A stretch of 33,367 nt of DNA from Catajapyx aquilonaris (Eukaryota): assembly GCA_000934665.2 (NCBI GenBank), contig JYFJ02004284.1, forward strand, positions 1 through 33,367. The letters run 5' to 3'. Below the pieces are notes generated by a model, which did no database searches, was not told where the DNA came from, and was given only the letters and a program-made list of their open reading frames with translations. Made by a program: the position numbers and the translations under genes. The number at the start of each line of letters is the position of its first letter. Positions within the stretch are counted from its first letter, which is position 1. Of the stretch, positions 11,096-21,763 are shown piece after piece.

Positions 11096-11587
11096 TATCC
11101 TGGAAGTTGGACGCTTTTTGTCACCAAAGTTGGACAGGTACACAGTGAATGTGATCAAAAATTTCCATCCAGCCTGCTGATTTTTCAGGCGATTAGGACT
11201 CACAATCAGTGCATGACTCACCACCACCCAAAAGTGATGGACACCATTTATGCAGCACGAAAACTCATCGAAACTGAACTCATGGTGTCTACGGTGGCCA
11301 AACTGAAACAGTCCAGGCCGACTGATGTCTTTTGTAAAAAGTGAGGGTCCATATTGCAGAATCATGTAACGCTGTACTGTACTTTAGTCCCATATGTTCT
11401 CTACGGATAATACTGTACATACATGTACTGTACACTGTAAAAATTTTTATGAATGTGTTTTCATCATGCATGCATGACCGCAGTATGACCGTACCCTGTA
11501 CAGTACCTATCTCCCTAAGTTGGACACCCCTCTATGTTGGACATTTTTTGTGGAACCGTGAGTGTCCAACTTAGAGGGGTTTTACTG
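11096..11587 (+). mobile_element. pogo/Tigger-like MITE, left-truncated
   Basis: Ends ...AGAGGGGTTTTACTG|TA, subterminal AAGTTGGACA repeats, body homologous to 17990-18340. Confidence 0.7.
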
Positions 11588-11648
11588 TATTTGTTTCAAA
11601 TATTACAAGTACTTGCCAAGTTACTTTTCACTGGAACACTTCACAATT

Positions 11649-12656
11649 TCATGGCTTTTCTCCTGTATGAATTCGCATGTGAGATTTCAACTTCCCAGAT
11701 TCACGAAATTTTTTCTGGCACACCTCACATGTAAATGGTTTTTCTCCTGTGTGAATACGCATATGAATTTTCAAATGACTGGTATTACGGAACTTTTTCA
11801 GGCACACCTCGCAAGTAAATGGTTTTTCTCCTGTATGAATTCGCATGTGAGTTTTCAAATGAGTTGAGTCACGGAACTTTTTCTGGCACACCTCACAATT
11901 AAATGGTTTGTCTCCTGTATGAATACGCATGTGAGTTTTCAACTTCTGTGAATCACGCAACTTTTTCTGGCACACCTCACAAGTAAATGTTTTGTCTCCT
12001 GTATGAATTAGCATGTGAGATTTCAACCGAGTTGAATCACGGAATTTTTTCTGGCACACCTCACAATTGAATGGTTTGTCTCCTGTATGAAGTCGCATGT
12101 GAATTTTCAAACTACTGGAATAACGGAATTTTTTCTGGCACAACTCACAAGTAAATGGTTTGTCTCCTGTATGAATTCGCATGTGCCTTTTCAAATGATA
12201 TGAATCACGGTGTTTTTTCAGGCACACCTCACAAGTGAATGATTTTTCTCCTGTATGAATTGGCATGTGCCTTATCAAGTTCCTAGATTCACGAAATCTT
12301 TTCTGGCACACCTCACAAGTAAATCGTTTGTCTCCGGTATGATTTAGCATGTGATTTTGCAAATTACTGAGATTTCTAAAGTTCCTCAGGCACACCTCAC
12401 AAATAAACTGTTTTTCTAATGTGTGAATTCGCATGTGGGTTTTCAACCAATCTGAGTTACTAAATTCCTTCTGGCAAAGAGGGCAGCAATTTTTTTCACA
12501 GTGAGTTCGCATGTGATCCTTCACATCATCCATGGAACCAAATAATTTCCGGCATATTCTGCACTCAAATGGATTTCTTCCATCAGTCATTGCCCTGCTC
12601 CTTTCATCCTGGATCCCACTATCTTCAACTCTGCCTGCAGTTCCCACTGGCACAAC
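11649..12656 (-). CDS. ZF gene D terminal exon, 11 C2H2 fingers
   Basis: Acceptor ttccag|GTT, 336 codons, close paralog of C. Confidence 0.92.
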   Translation of the reverse strand, partial: VVPVGTAGRVEDSGIQDERSRAMTDGRNPFECRICRKLFGSMDDVKDHMRTHCEKNCCPLCQKEFSNSDWLKTHMRIHTLEKQFICEVCLRNFRNLSNLQNHMLNHTGDKRFTCEVCQKRFRESRNLIRHMPIHTGEKSFTCEVCLKKHRDSYHLKRHMRIHTGDKPFTCELCQKKFRYSSSLKIHMRLHTGDKPFNCEVCQKKFRDSTRLKSHMLIHTGDKTFTCEVCQKKLRDSQKLKTHMRIHTGDKPFNCEVCQKKFRDSTHLKTHMRIHTGEKPFTCEVCLKKFRNTSHLKIHMRIHTGEKPFTCEVCQKKFRESGKLKSHMRIHTGEKP

Positions 12657-12917
12657 CTGGAAAGTGAAGTACTATACATCAATTTTGATTTTTCAGCGTG
12701 CATCGTGTGAGGCGCCGGATACCTATGCGATTTTTGCGAATCACATTTAAAGTTTGGGAAAGTCACGGGTGCAGCGTTCTCTTCGCACTGCCGCGCCGAT
12801 GCGGGCATCTCTCTGGAGGTACGGACATGAAATTATCACAGCATGGCGAGGAAGGGCCAATTGAGCCACCTACGGAGCTTCTATCTATTAGAATAATAAT
12901 TGCGAGATCTAAATATA

Positions 12918-13479
12918 CAGGGTGTCTATTGTAACTCTGCAATGACTTTCAGGGGTAATAGAGGGGACCAAGACAAGTATTTTTGACATAGGAACCCATG
13001 TCAGGAAACGCCATCTAGAGGGGGTTCATAGACAAGGAACGGGTGAGCTCAGACGCGTCACGCGGGAGGCGCTAGGGGAGCGGCCTGTTTTGTTGATAGA
13101 TGGCGCTCGGATAGTAACCAACGATGCAATGTGTCATAACCTGACAACAGCAGAGCCATCTAGCAACTAAAGTATGCCTCCTAGGAAACGCGCGGATAGT
13201 CAACAGCGGTTCTGTTGTTGTCAGGTTATGGCTTATCGCGTTGTTGCTTGCGTACAACGACGCGATACGCCATAACCTGGCAACAACTGTGTGCCACCTA
13301 TCAAGAAAACAGTCCGCTCGCCTAGCGCCTCTCGCGTGACGCGTCTGAGCGCACCCGTTCCTTGTCTATGAACCCCCTCTAGATGGCGTTTCCGGACACG
13401 GGTTCCTATGTCAAAAATACTTGTCTTGGTCCCCTCTATTACCCCTGAAAGTCTTTGCAGAGTTACAATAAACACCCCG
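12918..13479. mobile_element. Tc1/mariner-type MITE
   Basis: TA|CAGGGTGTCTATTGTAACTCTGCAA ... TTGCAGAGTTACAATAAACACCCCG|TA, ~155-bp inverted arms, no coding capacity. Confidence 0.88.
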
Positions 13480-13779
13480 TATATGAAACGAGGTGGGTGT
13501 GTGAGGTGGGGTTCGGGGGTCAATGGGTCAAATATTCTGAAAACAACAACAACGACAACATGGCTATGCAGTCTTTTCCTGGGTCAACTCCATCCGCATT
13601 CCTCTTTGTACAGATCCAATCAGCATAATTATCTGCTTGGACTATGCTATAACAGAAGCAGTTAATCTATCACAGATAGTGACAAACTTTGGCTTATTGT
13701 AACGTATAAGGCGTATTTTAAGGTGTATTTGGTTTCAAGTGCATGGAACGCAAATTTTACGAACAAACTTTCTAAAATA

Positions 13780-14679
13780 CAGGGTGTAAATGAATTCAGG
13801 GGACAAACTTGTAGGGGTAATAGAGGGGACCAAGACAAACATATTTGACCTAGGAACCTGTGTCCGGAAACGCCATCTAGAGGGGGTTCATTTGTTCATA
13901 GACAAGGAACGGGTGCGCTCAGACGCGTCAGGTTTGCAGCGTTAGCGAGCGGACCGTTTAGTTGCTGGGTGGCGGGCGGATTGTACACAACTTCGCAATT
14001 TGCCATAACCTGGCAACAACAGAACCACCTAGCAAGAGAAGTCAGCATGCTAGGTAGTGGGCAGATAATAAACAACGGGGGAGGCACAGTGGCCGAGATG
14101 GTAATGTCTCGTCTAGCTATGCGATAGGTCCCGGGTTCAAATCCCCACCTGGGAACAAACCTCACGCTTGCGTCATTGGGTCGTGACCCGCGCCTAAGGA
14201 GGCGTCTTGGCAACCTGACCTCCTGGGGGACTGTACCTGACCCACCGCTGGACAATGCACCTGCACATGTGTCCCCTCCCAAAAATCCCCTACCCTTACC
14301 CAATTTCCTCGTATTCCTTGCACCGGTGATTGAAGTAAATATAAGAGAAAACTGTATGGTGGTCTGCCATCCCCCTAAAGCGGCCTAGGGTTGCATCACG
14401 GGGTAAATAAAATAAAAATAAAATAAAATAATAAACAACAACTCTGTTGTTGCCAGTTTATGGCGAAATACAAAGTTGTGTACAATCCGCCCGCCACCTA
14501 GCAGCTAAACGGTCCGCTCGCTAACGCCGCCAGCCTGACGGGTCTGAGCGCACCCGTTCCTTGTCTATGAACCCCCTCTAGATGGCGTTTCCGGACACGG
14601 TTTCCTATGTCAAATATGTTTGTCTTTGGTGCCCTCTATTACCCCTACAAGTTTGTCGGCTGAATTCATTTACACCCTG
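13780..14679. mobile_element. Related Tc1/mariner-type MITE carrying a nested SINE
   Basis: TA|CAGGGTGTAAATGAATTCAG ... CTGAATTCATTTACACCCTG|TA, long inverted arms, shares its subterminal sequence with the 12918 MITE. Confidence 0.88.
14077..14427 (+). mobile_element. tRNA-derived SINE nested in MITE
   Basis: A-box TGGCCGAGATGG, B-box GGTTCAAATCCC, (TAAAA)n tail, TSD ATAATAAACAAC at 14065-14076 and 14428-14439. Confidence 0.88.
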
Positions 14680-14711
14680 TAGATTACATTGCATTTTCAG
14701 CATATACTTAC

Positions 14712-15074
14712 CGCACTAATGCTTCTGGAACCTACCGCCAAAGGGTCTTCATCATCTTCAACCACCCTCGGCATGGCCACCACCATCTCCTCCTCCTCCT
14801 CCTCCTCCTCCTCTGCTGGAACAATTCCCAATGGGTCATCTTCCTCTTTGTCCCCCCTGGACGTGGTTGCCACCATCTCTTTCTCCCCCTCCTCCTCTGC
14901 TTCCTCCTCTTTGATCTCACGAAGCGTGTCTTCTATGAGAGTAGAGCCACCATCAAGGCAAGAAGGGGTCTCCTCCTTCAACCGCAGCCTCCAAGTCTCC
15001 TCCGTTGTGATCCCAACGTCATCTCCTCCTTCCTCCTGCTCCTCTTCCTTCTTTATCTTCAGGATCAAAGACAT
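14712..15074 (-). CDS. ZF gene D acidic N-terminal coding exon (121 codons, internal duplication)
   Basis: ttttgcag|GATC-ATG; two AEEEE..EMV..DPL modules; donor GCG|gtaagt, phase 0. Confidence 0.85.
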
Positions 15075-15353
15075 GATCCTGCAAAACAATGCTGAAAGTA
15101 ATAATTATATGCATGTCAAGGAGTGTCCCAATCAAGCCAGCTGCAGAGGAGCAGCAATTCTCTGGTGCGTGGGGAAAGGAAAGGGAAAAAACACGGCAGC
15201 ATGGCAGCTACACAAAAGAGATGGTATTGTTGGGTTCGCTGCAATACTCACCTCCTGAGTATGTACCCCACAGTTATTCACCTCCTTCAGCTGCGAGGTC
15301 AGGATGAGGTCAATTCAACGGGGGACACTTCTTCCAGAGAATCAACGGAATGC

Positions 15354-15517
15354 TCAGGCGGCCATCTTTGATTTCTTTTTCTTTTTTTATGCAAACGAGG
15401 GTGCGTTCCTGTCGCCACACCAGAGTCGAGGACGGGCTTATGCGCTATCAATGCATGTCGATAATCGCCGCTACTGGTGCAGAACTGCTACTCCCTTCCA
15501 ACTCAACGCTATTCACA
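15354..15517 (-). promoter_or_regulatory. Conserved promoter/5'-leader cassette of gene D
   Basis: CAAAGATGGCCGCC, ATGCAAAC, same conserved blocks as A-C. Donor GTGAGT at 15251. Confidence 0.6.
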
Positions 15518-16375
15518 TAATCATAATTAACTCTGCCAATTGTCTCCCATTTTGCGTGTGAAAGTTCTCTCGTTATGATTTAAGTGCTATTAGATAAGAC
15601 TTGAATATAGTATGGGTTGGTGTGCGACTAAAATTTGGCACATTTNGGGGGGGGGGGGGGGGAGTTAAATGATTTCTTATTATTTTTCTTGCAGCTTCAT
15701 TGGCAAATGCTAAACATAAATGTGGAGTATATCCACCAGAAATGGTCATTTCTTGATCTCTTCTCCCTTCCCTAAGTGCACTGTAATCAAAACAGGTTGA
15801 GAAACACTCCGCCACGTCAGATTTGATATTGAGTCACAGGACAGTACAACAAAAGTGTTCAGTTTTTGTGCCTTGTATTGCTCAGCATAAAAATGAAACA
15901 CATTTCAAATGTGAAGATTGCGAATCGAGCACGTATCAAAAGAAGGTCCCTAACAGTACCTTTTGAAACACAACGTATCCATCACTGGCAGCTGGCAGGT
16001 GATTAGTTACGAGCATCTCAATATTTCCGTGTGGACTAGTCACCAAATCAGGAAATTCCCACCGGAAGAGGAAAGGTGAATCATTGTTGCACTCTATTCT
16101 TGACCTGTGGGATATGACTGAATTACATTGGCATCTATGAATAATAGTCGCATTGAAACTGGTATACTGATGTCACGACGACTTTAATCGGTGAGGTAGT
16201 GACATCAACAAAAATGTTAATCAGAGTTAGCGCATTGAGGTGTTCCCATGAAGACATAGACAAGCTGTCCAGATCAGCCAACTGTTATTTTCCTCCTCTT
16301 ATATCTTCATGATTCTGTAATCTGGTGGTGCTACTGGCCATCAACACCACCAGGGTTGAAATTTTAAACAATAAA

Positions 16376-16484
16376 TTAGGAAAACCCTCGCTATACGCTC
16401 ACATTTTCCTAGGGCGCTGGCCTAGAAAACCACTCGCTTCGCTCGCTCTTTTCAAGGCCTGCGGCCTACAGTGCCCACCATATT
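16376..16484 (-). mobile_element. Second copy of the probable Helitron-type terminus
   Basis: Reverse complement of 9761-9867 with few mismatches. Confidence 0.5.
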
Positions 16485-16770
16485 TGCACATAGAAAAAGT
16501 TGACTGGTAGGCCTATATATTTTTTTCTCTTCCTCAGTGTCGTTGTTTTCATGACACCACAACAAACATCACCAAAGGGTAACTGGGTATTTCAAATTGG
16601 ATTGCCTGGTACTTGGTTTATTTTTCCCAACACGCTCAAAATCGTGGTACAGCTACATCACAGAAAATAAATATTTTTATTTTATATGAGCGAACTTTGG
16701 CATAAAAAAGTAGATTATATTTTGGCGCTTCAGTAAGTTAGTCTTATGCATCGCCACTCTTTAATTGTTT

Positions 16771-17859
16771 CTATCGTGTATGAATTCGCATGTGAGTTTT
16801 CAAATTATATGAATCACGAAATTTTTTCTCGCACACCTCACAAGTAAATGATTTTTCTCCTGTATGAATTCGCATGTGCTTTTTCATCGTGGTTGAATAA
16901 CTAAACTTTTTTTGGCACACCTCACAAGTAAATGGTTTGTCTCCTGTATGAATTCGCATGTGAGTTTTCAAATTATATGAATCACGAAATTTTTTCTCGC
17001 ACACCTCACAAGTAAGTGGTTTTTCTCCTGTATGAATTCGCATGTGCTTTTTCATCGTGGATGAATCACTAAACTTTTTTTGGCACATCTCACAAGTAAA
17101 TGGTTTTTCTCCTGTATGAATTCGCATGTGAATTTTCAAATGACTTGAATGACGGAACTTTTTCTGGCACACCTCACAAGTGAATGGTCTCTCTCCTGCG
17201 TGAATTCGCATGTGGATTTTCAACTGACTTGAATCACGACATTTTTTCTGGCACACATCACAAGTAAATTGTTTTTCTCCAGTGTGAATTCGCATGTGAA
17301 TTTTCAAATGTGATGATTTACGAAATTTTTTCTGGCACATTTCACAAGTGAATGGTTTTTCTCCTGTATGGATTCGCATGTGAATTTTCAAATGACTTGA
17401 AAGACGAAATTTTTTCCGGCACACCTCACAAGTGAATGGTTTGTATCCTGAATGAGTTTGCATGTGAATTTTCAACTTGCATGATTCACGAAAATTTTTC
17501 TTGCACACCTCGCAAGTGAATGCTGGTTTGTCTCCTGAATGAATTCGCATGTGAGATGTCAAATCATGCAGATTTCTAAATTTTTTCTGGCACACCTCAC
17601 AATAAGGGCATGGTTTTTCTCCTGTGTGAATATGCATATGGGTTATCAACCTACGCGAATTAGTAAATTTTTTCTGGCAAAGAGGGCAGCAATTTCTTTC
17701 ACAGCGAGTTCGCATGTGAACCTTCACATCATCCGGGGTACCAAATAATTCCTGGCTCATTCTGCACTCAAATGGATTTCTTCCATCAGTCATTGCCCTG
17801 CTCCATTCATCCTGGATCCCACTCTCTTCAACTCTGCCTGCAGTTCCCACTGGCACAAC
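16771..17859 (-). CDS. ZF gene E terminal exon, 11 intact fingers plus 1 degenerate first finger; no own promoter or start visible
   Basis: Acceptor ttccag|GTT, 363 codons open. The first finger reads CRMS..HMRTR (lost one Cys and one His). Confidence 0.75.
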   Translation of the reverse strand, partial: VVPVGTAGRVEESGIQDEWSRAMTDGRNPFECRMSQELFGTPDDVKVHMRTRCERNCCPLCQKKFTNSRRLITHMHIHTGEKPCPYCEVCQKKFRNLHDLTSHMRIHSGDKPAFTCEVCKKNFRESCKLKIHMQTHSGYKPFTCEVCRKKFRLSSHLKIHMRIHTGEKPFTCEMCQKKFRKSSHLKIHMRIHTGEKQFTCDVCQKKCRDSSQLKIHMRIHAGERPFTCEVCQKKFRHSSHLKIHMRIHTGEKPFTCEMCQKKFSDSSTMKKHMRIHTGEKPLTCEVCEKKFRDSYNLKTHMRIHTGDKPFTCEVCQKKFSYSTTMKKHMRIHTGEKSFTCEVCEKKFRDSYNLKTHMRIHTR

Positions 17860-17879
17860 CTGGAAAGTAAAATACTATA

Positions 17880-18345
17880 CAGTAAAACCACTGTTGTTAG
17901 ACAACCCTCTATGTTGGACATTTTTGGTGGAACCATGGAAAAGCCTAGCAATTTGCATGGGCACATTAGCTCTTAAGTTGGACACCCCTGTATCCTGGAA
18001 GTTGGATGCTTTTTGTCACCCAGCTACGTTGGACAGGAACACAGTGAGTGGGATTAAAAATCACCATTCAGCCTGCTGATATTTGAGGCCATTACTCAGT
18101 GCATGACTCACCACCAAAAGTGATTGACACCATTTATGCAGCCCGAAAATTCATCAAAACTGAAATCATGATGTCTACGCAGGCCAAACTGAAACAGTCC
18201 CGGGTGACTGATTTCTTTTGTAAAAAGTGAGCGTCCATATCGCAGAATCCTGCAACGCTGTCCATCTGTTCCCTACGGATAATACCTATATACTGTACAG
18301 TAGTGTACTGCACACTATATACTCTAAAAGTTTTTATGAAGGTGT
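17880..18345 (+). mobile_element. pogo/Tigger-like MITE, right-truncated
   Basis: TA|CAGTAAAACC left end, GTTGGACA repeats, body matches 11096-11460. Confidence 0.7.
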
Positions 18346-19063
18346 TGTCTTATGAAGAGTTGTCCTAAACTCCTAAAGGAACCAAGTAATGCATATTCAG
18401 TGATCACATGTTCACACTTTTCCCTCTGTATTGTGCTCACCTGTGCGGCCATATGTGCAGACAATGACTGCCTGATTCTTTCTCAGGAGAAAAAGAATAC
18501 ATGGAATAGTTCGTTTCAATCTATCTGCAGCTATTACAATTACGCCAAGAAAACAAGGCTCTGGAAGAAGGGAATTACCCTTCACTGTGAAGCCTTCATT
18601 CACTGTTTACGTAAAGAGAAGAAAAAAAGCTGATGGATGTGGGAAATGACAAATGTGTGGGCCAATATAAAAATGTTAAAAGTCTTAATTCGTTCCAAGA
18701 GACCATTGGAACTCTGAATTGTTCAAAGTCCAAATCAGTTTTCCTCATTATAAATAAATGAAAAGCGAATAAATCCGTTCCCTAACCCTGCATAATACCC
18801 ATTTCGATAAACCTAAACAGCAAATACGCAAAAATTTAAGGTAAAAAACACAATTTAATGCCCTAAATGATAAATTAAGACACGAAAACAATGAAATGTA
18901 TAAATACAACTGTGACAAAAGCACTGAAAACACATGAATGTGATTCAAGAGATGCTTTCACAGTGAGAGTGAGAAACGACTTGGGCGCACAACAGATGGC
19001 ATTTATGCATCAAGTGCATATTTTCCCCTCTGGGCGTAGTTCGAATTTCCTCGTTAGAAGTAC

Positions 19064-19067
<4 letters not shown>

Positions 19068-19101
<34 letters not shown>
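19068..19101. repeat. (CA)n microsatellite
   Basis: Direct reading. Confidence 0.9.
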
Positions 19102-19526
19102 TTCCAGATAAAATTCATCTGGAATTAAGTGTTCAAATTCTGGAATGTAAGAAGTACGAGGTTCCATGGCAATAGAAAAATGGAAATATCATCATCATTC
19201 AGAAGACGAATATTGGTAATGTGTGAAAGTAGCGAGGACCTCCTCGTTATCCGCTGTCACCCCAGTTTTTTGGGAAAAGCCGTGATGAATATGATGATGA
19301 TGATGATGATGAGTCTGAAGAATGTTATGATGATAAAACAGTAGGCGTATTTGACATGAGGATGTTTCAAGAGTTAACATTTACATCACCAAGCTGTCAA
19401 AGAAAAAATGGAACAGGAGTGTGGGTTTTTCCTAAACACATTCCAAGCCTAGGTGTTTGATTTGGAATGACGCTTTTGTGTCAATTTAGTGCAAAAATAT
19501 AATGGCATTTTCGACAGATGGCTTAC

Positions 19527-19583
19527 CCCACCAATCCTTCCAGAACCAACTCCTAAAGGGTCATCTTCATCTTCAACCACACC
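19527..19583 (-). pseudogene. 3' remnant of gene E acidic exon
   Basis: Encodes GVVEDEDDPLGVGSGRIGG with intact donor GGG|gtaagc. Homology stops abruptly at ~19585. Confidence 0.8.
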
Positions 19584-20574
19584 GACCCCCATTACTCCCC
19601 CCATTACTGTACAGTCGGAAGTTTCACTGAAACTACGACATTTGATGCTGCAATGATAGAAAATAATGAATTCTTTGGATTGAGGTCAAAATGTTAAATT
19701 AATGCACCTTTTAACAGATGAATATTATTTTTGAAAAACATCCTTAAATTTCCTATAGCCTCACTGATTCTCACGTTAAGTATCCAACCTCCACGGGTAA
19801 ATTGCATGAAAGTAGTCTGGTAGCCAGTGCTGGAAACCTCCTTCGTGAATTTCCACCACAATTTTTCTATAGCCAGCATGGCCAATTTTTTTGAATGACA
19901 TATTGCTCACATAACATAAAGGATCCATTTTAGGGGCGGAAGCCTAAGAAAGACCATACTGTACCTAAATCTTTTTGTTTGAAATAAAACACTATCAAAA
20001 CACATGAAAACTGCAGTTTTTTTCCCCAAATGCATGGACAGTTTGTACAGTACACAACACTGGCATTTGTAACAGGATGTTCATAGATTATTATCATAAT
20101 TATGATTGGCATTGAATTGTCACAGACCAATTTCAAGTGATGGGATCTTACCTATATCTTTCAACAAGGTTTTTAATTACCTCATCTGGGGAGGTTAATC
20201 GCACCTTGGTTAGCTGAGTCGATGCATGTTGCTGACTGGATATGTCAAAAGATGAATGTTATGCAATATGCCAATTTGGAAGCCAATAAGGTTAGGTATA
20301 TTGTCCAGGCCTTCCCCCCCCCCCCCCTCACTTGCTAATTACTTAGAAGTACCGTGCCTTTACAGTGCAACTAATCTAAATCCGTATGCACTTACCACAC
20401 GTTACCCTACAATCCAACATTGAACTGAGCACGTGTGTGCCTCAACCGTGAGATTGAAAACTTATCTGTAGGAAGCGGAGATAAGTGACAGATGGGAAAA
20501 ATCACCCTTGCGGCATTATGAAGTGACTTCCTGCAGTTGGGAAGGTGATATCTTGTCCATCGCCACTCTTCTAA

Positions 20575-20667
20575 TAGTTTCTCTCACGTATGAATTCGCA
20601 TGTGATATTTCAACCTCGTTGGATCAGAAAGGTTTTTCTGGCACAAATCACAAGTGAATGGTTTCTC
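20575..20667 (-). pseudogene. Eroded finger after gene F stop
   Basis: *EKPFTCDLCQKNLSDPTRLKI then a frameshift to HMRIHT. The same lesions occur at 31777-31864. Confidence 0.8.
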
Positions 20668-21666
20668 CTACTTATGAATGAGCAAGTGCCTCTTCAAAAC
20701 ATATGGTTTACAAAACGCTTTCTGGCACACCTCACAAGTGAATGGTTTTTCTCCTGTATGAATTCGCATGTGAATTTTCAACGTACATGATTTATGAAAT
20801 CTTTTCTCGCACACCTCACAAGTGAATGGTTTTTCTCCTGTATGAATTCGCATGTGAATTTTCAACTTACTTGAATAACGAAACTTTTTCTCGCACACCT
20901 CACAAGTGAATGGTTTTTCTCCTGTATGAATTAGCATGTGAGTTTTCAAATTACTTGACTGGGTGAATTTTTTTTGACACACCTCACAAGTAAATGGTTT
21001 ATCCCCTGTGTGAATTCGCATATGAATTTTCAACTTAGTACTTGTATTACAAAAAAAAATCTGGCACACTTCGCAAGTGAATGGTTTTTCTCCTGTATGA
21101 ATTCGCATGTGAATTTTCAGCTTAGTTGAATTAAGCAACTTTTCCTGGCACACCTCACAAGTGATTGATTTTTCTCCCGTATGAATTCGCATGTGCCTTT
21201 TCAACTTACATGATTTACGGAATTTTTTCTCGCACACTTCACAAGTGAATGGTTTTTCTCCTGTATGAATTCGCATGTGCGTTTTCAAATGACTAAGTTT
21301 TGTAAATGTGTTCTGGCAGACCTCACAACTAAATGGTCTCTCTCCTGTATGAATTCGCATGTGAGTTTTCAAATATCCTGACTCACGAAATGTTTTCTGG
21401 CACACCCCACAGGCAAATGGTTTTTCTCCTGTGTGAATTAGCATATGAGCTTTCAACCCACAAGAATGACTGAACTTTTTCCCGCAAACATGGCAGCAAT
21501 TTTTCTCACTATGAGTAATGACGTGAATATTCAAATCATCCTGGGCACCAAATATTATCTGGCATACTCTGCACTCAAATGGATTTCTTCCATCACATAT
21601 TCCCCTGCTCCTTTTCTCCTGTATCCAATTCTCTGCTACGCCATGCTCAGTTCTCACTTGCACAAC
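20668..21666 (-). CDS. ZF gene F terminal exon, 11 C2H2 fingers
   Basis: Acceptor ttccag|GTT, 333 codons. Finger 7 has one extra residue (FFCNTSTKL). Confidence 0.92.
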   Translation of the reverse strand, partial: VVQVRTEHGVAENWIQEKRSRGICDGRNPFECRVCQIIFGAQDDLNIHVITHSEKNCCHVCGKKFSHSCGLKAHMLIHTGEKPFACGVCQKTFRESGYLKTHMRIHTGERPFSCEVCQNTFTKLSHLKTHMRIHTGEKPFTCEVCEKKFRKSCKLKRHMRIHTGEKSITCEVCQEKLLNSTKLKIHMRIHTGEKPFTCEVCQIFFCNTSTKLKIHMRIHTGDKPFTCEVCQKKFTQSSNLKTHMLIHTGEKPFTCEVCEKKFRYSSKLKIHMRIHTGEKPFTCEVCEKRFHKSCTLKIHMRIHTGEKPFTCEVCQKAFCKPYVLKRHLLIHK

Positions 21667-21763
21667 CTGGAACGTGAATTACAGTTTATCAATTACTATT
21701 ATGCAGTGTTGACAGACTCATGCTTTCCACATGTTTTGTCATTTGAAAGGTATCCCTTATTAT

